A stretch of DNA of 64,000 nt. Origin: Planctomycetota bacterium (GTDB lineage Bacteria; Planctomycetota; PLA2; JAEUHO01). The position numbers and the translations under genes were made by a program. Position 1 is the stretch's first letter. Each line of letters opens with the position of its first letter. The stretch is taken from contig CBDCWP010000026.1 of the NCBI GenBank assembly GCA_965223505.1, forward strand, positions 1 through 64,000, given 5' to 3'. The notes beneath the pieces are model-generated. The model was not told where the DNA came from. It made no database searches and saw only the letters and a program-made list of their open reading frames with translations. Below, piece after piece: positions 59,267-64,000 of this stretch.

Positions 59267-60442
59267 TTGCCCCCTACCGACTACACGACCGAGTACGGAC
59301 TGAACGAGGCCGAGGCGGCGTGGCGCAACGCCGCCCGCAAGTTCGCCGCGGAAGCGCTGGCCCCCGTCGCCCGGCAGGCAGACCGCGACGGCGCGTTCTC
59401 CCGCGCGCTGGTCGAGCAGCTCGGGGAAGCCGGTCTGCTCGCGGCCACGTTGCCGCGCGACGCCGGCGGCGGCGGCGCCTCCACGCTCTCGGGCTGCCTG
59501 ATCGCCGAGGAGATCGGCGCGATCGACGGCAGCATGCGCGGCTTCATGGCGGTGCAGATCGGGCTGGTGCTCTCACCCTTGATCCGTCACGGCAGCCACG
59601 AGCAGGTCGACGCCTGGGTCGCCGACCTCATGGCCGGCCGCGCGATCGGCGCCTACGGACTCACCGAGCCGGGCGCGGGCAGCGACGTCGGCGCGATCGC
59701 GACCACGATCGAGCCGGACGGCGATGACGTCGTGATCAACGGCGAAAAGGTCTGGATCACGAACGGCGGCATCGCCGACTTCGTGCTGGTCTTCGGCACC
59801 GTCGATCCGTCGGCGAAGACGCGCGGTCTCGAGTGCTACCTCGTTCCCGGGGACACGCCGGGACTCGCGCGGGATCCGATGCCGGGCCGCGAGCTCGGCC
59901 ATCGCGCCTCGGACCACGCGCACCTGCGCTTCGAGAACGTGCGCGTGCCCAAGTCGCAGCGCGTCGGTCCGGCGCGCGGCGGGTTCGCGGTGGCGATGGA
60001 CGCGCTCGGCGTGGGCCGGCTGAACGTGGCCGCGGGCGCGGTCGGCATCCACCGCGCGTGCCTCGACGCGAGCGTAGCGTTCGCGCGCGAGCGGCGGCAG
60101 TTCGGCAGGCGCATCGGCGATTTCCAGCAGATCGGCGCGCAGCTGGCGGACATGGCGGTCGAGCTGCGCGCGGCGCGCCTGCTCACGCATCACGCGGCGC
60201 GATTGACGGACGCCGGCGTCGACGCCACGGCGCACGTGAGCGCCGCCAAGCTCTACGCCACCGAAGCGGCGCTGCGCGCTTCCACGAACGCGATCCAGAT
60301 TCACGGCTCGCGCGCGTACTCCGACGAGCTTCCGATCGAGCGCTTCCATCGCGACGTGATCGCGCTGACCATCTACGAAGGCACGAGCCACATCCAGCGC
60401 GTGATTCTCGCGCGCTCGCTACTGGGACGGGACGAGGCATGA
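59267..60442 (+). CDS. Acyl-CoA dehydrogenase family protein
   Basis: LTEPGAGSD, NGEKVWITNG, RRQFG, IYEGTSHIQR. Confidence 0.93.
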   Translation: MPPTDYTTEYGLNEAEAAWRNAARKFAAEALAPVARQADRDGAFSRALVEQLGEAGLLAATLPRDAGGGGASTLSGCLIAEEIGAIDGSMRGFMAVQIGLVLSPLIRHGSHEQVDAWVADLMAGRAIGAYGLTEPGAGSDVGAIATTIEPDGDDVVINGEKVWITNGGIADFVLVFGTVDPSAKTRGLECYLVPGDTPGLARDPMPGRELGHRASDHAHLRFENVRVPKSQRVGPARGGFAVAMDALGVGRLNVAAGAVGIHRACLDASVAFARERRQFGRRIGDFQQIGAQLADMAVELRAARLLTHHAARLTDAGVDATAHVSAAKLYATEAALRASTNAIQIHGSRAYSDELPIERFHRDVIALTIYEGTSHIQRVILARSLLGRDEA

Positions 60443-60855
60443 GCGACGACTCCGTCTGGCGCGCGATCAACCCGCCCGAGTGGGCGAATCCCATCGGCTA
60501 CGCGAACGCCGTCGAGTCGCGCGGCGGGCGCCGCATCGCGCTGGCCGGGCAGGTCGCGATGGCGCCGGACGGCGCGATGATGCATCCCGGCGATCTGGTG
60601 GCGCAGGCGAATCAGACGTTCGCCAACATCAAGGCGGTGCTGGACACGGCCGGCGCGAAGCCCGAGCACCTCGTGCGCATGCGCATCTACGTGCTCGACG
60701 CCAAGGCGTACGCGGCGAACGCGCGCGAGATCGGCGCGCGGTATCGCGAGCACTTCGGCCGCTGGTTCCCGGCGATGACGCTCGTCCAGGTCGCGGGGTT
60801 GTACGAAGAGGGCGCCCTGATCGAGATCGAGACCGACGCCGTGGTGCCGGACTGA
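60439..60855 (+). CDS. RidA/YjgF-family protein
   Basis: PIGYAN, LAGQV, FPAMTLVQV..L...ALIEIE; ATGA coupling to the ACAD gene. Confidence 0.9.
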   Translation: MSDDSVWRAINPPEWANPIGYANAVESRGGRRIALAGQVAMAPDGAMMHPGDLVAQANQTFANIKAVLDTAGAKPEHLVRMRIYVLDAKAYAANAREIGARYREHFGRWFPAMTLVQVAGLYEEGALIEIETDAVVPD

Positions 60856-60862
60856 GTCCGAG

Positions 60863-61681
60863 GTGCGCCTCTCGCTCGTCTTCTATGCGTTCTTGGCCCG
60901 CACCGCCATCGGTACGTTGATCGCGCTGGTGCCGCTGTGGGCGTTGCGCCCCGCGGAGCGGCACGTGCGCTTCCAGGTCCTGCTCGCGCTCGTGCTGTCG
61001 GCGGGATCGGCCGCGCTCTACGGCGCGGCGCTGGGCGACGCGCACCCGGAGTGGCCAAGGGGCGTCGACGCATTCTTGTCGTTCGAAGGCGGCATGCCCG
61101 GGTTCCTCGTGTTGGTCTGCGCGCTCTGCCTGATCACGAACCTGCTGTTCGGCACATTCAAGCGGCGCGCGGCGCGCATCACGTTGAGCCTGGCGATCCT
61201 GTGCGGGCTGGGCGTGATCATCGGATCGGCACGGCTGGGACCGTTGTCGACGACCGGCGGCGCGCTGGCGGTGCTGTCGATCAGCGCGCTGTTGGGCGGT
61301 CTGGTGATGGCGTCGATCAACGACTCGATGGTGCTCGGTCACTTCTATCTGATGATCCGCGGCTTGCCGCTCCAGGCGCTCAAGCGCTCCGGGATGATGG
61401 TCTTCTGCGTGTTGGTGGCGCGCATGATCGTCTTCGGACTCGTGCTGCTGTTCTGGGGCGGCGCCGCCGACGTGTTGCTCGGCCCGGAGCTGGTGTGGAC
61501 GACGTGGCGCGTGGCGTTCGGCTTCTTCGGCCCGCTGGTGCTGCTGTGGATGGTGAAGGACACGGTTCGGCTGAAGCACACCCAGGCCGCGACCGGGCTG
61601 CTGTACGTCGCGGTCGGCTTTGCGATCATGGGCGAGCTGGCCGCCGTCTACATCGAGCTGGCCACCGGAATCCCGACGTAG
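60863..61681 (+). CDS. Conserved multi-pass membrane protein
   Basis: About 8 TM segments; MVLGHFYL, TQAATGLLYV, GELAA motifs. Confidence 0.82.
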   Translation: MRLSLVFYAFLARTAIGTLIALVPLWALRPAERHVRFQVLLALVLSAGSAALYGAALGDAHPEWPRGVDAFLSFEGGMPGFLVLVCALCLITNLLFGTFKRRAARITLSLAILCGLGVIIGSARLGPLSTTGGALAVLSISALLGGLVMASINDSMVLGHFYLMIRGLPLQALKRSGMMVFCVLVARMIVFGLVLLFWGGAADVLLGPELVWTTWRVAFGFFGPLVLLWMVKDTVRLKHTQAATGLLYVAVGFAIMGELAAVYIELATGIPT

Positions 61682-62196
61682 TGCCCGCGCCCCTCGAGAT
61701 CACCTTCGCCTGCCCGCAATCCGGTTGCGGCGAACCGGTCGACGGCCCGCTTCGCGCGGACACGGCGGAGATGGCGTGCGACGCCTGCGGACGAAGCACG
61801 CCGCTTCACGACGCGGCGTCGTTCGTGGAGAGCGCGCCGCTGCGGCCCTGTCCGGTCTGCGGCGGCGACGACTTCTACGTGCAGCGCGACTTCAACCGCA
61901 AGCTCGGCCTGTCGATCGTCGCGGTCGGCTGCGTGCTGGGCCCCTTCACGTCCTGGATCAGCGTGGTCGTCGCCGTGGTCGTCGACGCTGTGCTCTATCT
62001 CGTCGTTCCGTCGGTTGCGGTGTGCTACGCGTGCAATGCGCAGTACCGTGGGTTCCTGAAGGAGCAAAAGCCGGAGGCTTTCGAGATCGCCATCCACGAC
62101 GCCTACAAGTTCGCCAAGCGTCATCCGCCGCGCCGGGACATCGCGGTCGCCGGACCGTTGCAGACGCGGTTGCGGTTCGAGGGCAAGGTGGAATGA
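61681..62196 (+). CDS. Membrane protein with multiple CxxC zinc-ribbon motifs
   Basis: GTG overlapping the upstream TAG; CPQSGC, CDAC, CPVC, TM hairpin, CYAC. Confidence 0.78.
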   Translation: MPAPLEITFACPQSGCGEPVDGPLRADTAEMACDACGRSTPLHDAASFVESAPLRPCPVCGGDDFYVQRDFNRKLGLSIVAVGCVLGPFTSWISVVVAVVVDAVLYLVVPSVAVCYACNAQYRGFLKEQKPEAFEIAIHDAYKFAKRHPPRRDIAVAGPLQTRLRFEGKVE

Positions 62197-62675
62197 CGTT
62201 CTTCCTGACCACCTGCGCGGCGTTCTACATCCTCGGCGCGGCGGTGGTGTTCGGCGGCACGTGCGCGTTGGCCTTCGCGACGGCGCCGAACCTCTTTCGG
62301 ACGTTGCCGGACCGGCTGGCCGACCGCAGCTTCGGCCGCGTGTTGGCGACGTTCGACCGCGTCGGCATCATCGCGGCGATCCTCGCGACGATGGCCGCGG
62401 CGGCCGCGATCACGTTCGGCGACGTCGACCCGGTGCTGGCGAGCATTCCGGTGTGTTTGATGGCGCTCATCGTGGCGGTCTTCGGCTTCTTGCGTGGCAG
62501 CGTCGCGCCGCGCATGGCCGAGCTTGGACCGCCCGACGATCCGGATGCGGCGGACGCGCGCAGCGACGAGGACAAGGCGGCGTTCGAGAAGTTGCACCGG
62601 CAATACGTGCGGATGTACGCGATCAACCTCTTCGCGTCGGCGATGGCGTTGATCGTCGTCGCGATTCAGCCGTAG
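62193..62675 (+). CDS. DUF4149/TMEM205-like membrane protein
   Basis: APNLFRTL..FG, FEKLHRQ..N; 4 TM segments; ATGA coupling. Confidence 0.75.
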   Translation: MTFFLTTCAAFYILGAAVVFGGTCALAFATAPNLFRTLPDRLADRSFGRVLATFDRVGIIAAILATMAAAAAITFGDVDPVLASIPVCLMALIVAVFGFLRGSVAPRMAELGPPDDPDAADARSDEDKAAFEKLHRQYVRMYAINLFASAMALIVVAIQP

Positions 62676-62704
62676 CGCGACATCACGTCAGAACTGGTTG
62701 GACC

Positions 62705-63631
62705 CTAGACACCGCCACCAACGAACGGCGTCTCGAGCTCGCTGTCCATGTAGGCCAGCGGCATGAACGGCGTGTTGAACGAATACCCGATCGATCCGTC
62801 CCGCGCGATCAGGATGATCCCCCCGCGCCCCAGATACCGTTTCTGCAGCTCTCCCATCGCCAGCCACGTCGCGTCCTGCGCGTTGTTCTCGCGCGACAGC
62901 TCCACCGCGCGCCGCGCCAAGCCCATCCGCAGGATCGGCTCCCCCCAGCCCGTCACAGCCGCGCCGCCTGCCAGGTCGTCGGCGTAGTACCCGGCGCCCG
63001 GGATCGGCGTGTCGCCGACGCGGCCCGGCAGCTTGCCGAGCACGCCACCCGTGGACGCGCCCGCCGCAATCGTGCCGCGAACGTCCACGGCCACGGCGCC
63101 GACCGTCTCGCCCGGATCCGTGAGGTAGCCGAAGTCCGACGCGTGGTCGTCCGGGTCCGCGCGCAACCGCCAGGCCTCGAGCCGCTTGATCTCACGGCCG
63201 ACCACGAGCGACGCCGGGTCGCACTTCTCCAGCTTGCCGTCCAGGAACTTCGACGCGCCGTCGCCGACCATCAAGACGTGCTTCGACAGCCGGACGACAT
63301 CGGCCGCTTCGATCGGGTTGCGCCGGTCGCGCAGGCTGCCGACGGCGCCGGCCGAGAGGTCCTTGCCCCACATGATGCCGGCGTCGAGCGATACCTGGCC
63401 GCTCGAATCGAGCACGCTGCCGTTGCCCGCGTTGAGGTTGCCGTCGTTCTCCATCGAACGAACGGCGGCCTTCACGGCATCGATCGAGCTGCCGCCGTCC
63501 TGCAGGACCTGCCAGCCGAGCTCCACCGCGTCGACACAGCCGCGGCGGTGCGCGCGACGCTCGTCCTCGGGGACGGCCCAGGCGCCGCAGTGAACGATCA
63601 CGGCCGGACGGGGCGGAGGCGGCTTGTCCAT
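62705..63631 (-). CDS. iaaA: Isoaspartyl peptidase / L-asparaginase (Ntn hydrolase)
   Basis: NAG.GSV, DAGIM, ETVGAVA (catalytic Thr), STGG..GKLPGRVGDTP. Confidence 0.9.
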   Translation of the reverse strand: MDKPPPPRPAVIVHCGAWAVPEDERRAHRRGCVDAVELGWQVLQDGGSSIDAVKAAVRSMENDGNLNAGNGSVLDSSGQVSLDAGIMWGKDLSAGAVGSLRDRRNPIEAADVVRLSKHVLMVGDGASKFLDGKLEKCDPASLVVGREIKRLEAWRLRADPDDHASDFGYLTDPGETVGAVAVDVRGTIAAGASTGGVLGKLPGRVGDTPIPGAGYYADDLAGGAAVTGWGEPILRMGLARRAVELSRENNAQDATWLAMGELQKRYLGRGGIILIARDGSIGYSFNTPFMPLAYMDSELETPFVGGGV

Positions 63632-63778
63632 CCGGGAATCATCCGTCGTGCCGCGCGGGAATGGGCATTTTCATTCCCTCGAGCGTGAACAGGTCCCTAC
63701 GTGCGATCGCCGGCGACCTCGGGCGTCGAGTGCGCCGGACCGATCGAAGGGCCCCCCTCGCGGGCATCATGGACGTGC

Positions 63779-64000
63779 ATGGTGCGCCCGGACCCGCAAG
63801 ACGCCGCCGACATCCGCCGCGTGCTCGCGGGGGACGCGCAGGCGTTCCAGGGCCTCATCGAACGCCACGGCCGCCGCGCATTCGACGTCGCGCGACGCAT
63901 GCTCCGCGACACGCACGAAGCCGAGGACGTCGTCCAGCACGCCTTCCTCAACGCCTTCAACGCGCTCGAGCGCTTCGACGTCGACCGCCCGTTCCGCCAC
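63779..64000 (+). CDS. ECF RNA polymerase sigma-70 factor (partial, runs off the right edge)
   Basis: Manual translation MVRPDPQDAADIRRVLAGDAQAFQGLIERH...EAEDVVQHAFLNAF..LERFD..RPF, sigma region 2. Confidence 0.88.
   Translation, partial: MVRPDPQDAADIRRVLAGDAQAFQGLIERHGRRAFDVARRMLRDTHEAEDVVQHAFLNAFNALERFDVDRPFRH

Overview
A very GC-rich, gene-dense bacterial window with about 65 CDS and no rRNA, tRNA, CRISPR array or transposase that I can support. The gene content (HEAT-repeat/vWA proteins, M28-PA-PDZ and M1-HEAT peptidases, a PEP-CTERM protein, Cys-rich lipoproteins) suggests Planctomycetota/PVC; this is inference. Ordinary content: peptidases, DNA repair (AlkD-like, xthA), mgtE, an NhaP-type antiporter, citrate synthase, a leucine-catabolism (liu) operon with divergent acyl-CoA genes, and an ECF sigma factor cut by the window edge. 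Best candidates for new biology: (1) a translationally coupled operon at 31007-33638 encoding a HemK-like methyltransferase, a YdjC deacetylase and a SenB/GLT1D1-like glycosyltransferase with no senA or selD nearby, possibly a seleno- or thio-sugar tailoring pathway; (2) an 826-aa fusion (RRE-like domain, radical SAM, atypical SPASM, ArsM-type methyltransferase) at 39972-42452; (3) convergent with it, a 31-codon Cys-rich lipopeptide gene at 39755-39850 with its own RBS and terminator, absent from the ORF track. Non-coding signals: a 177-bp MITE-like palindrome, a GTAG-REP family, paired TetR-type operators, and many apparently leaderless promoters. yceH carries a +1 frameshift. All family assignments come from motif recognition, not database searches.
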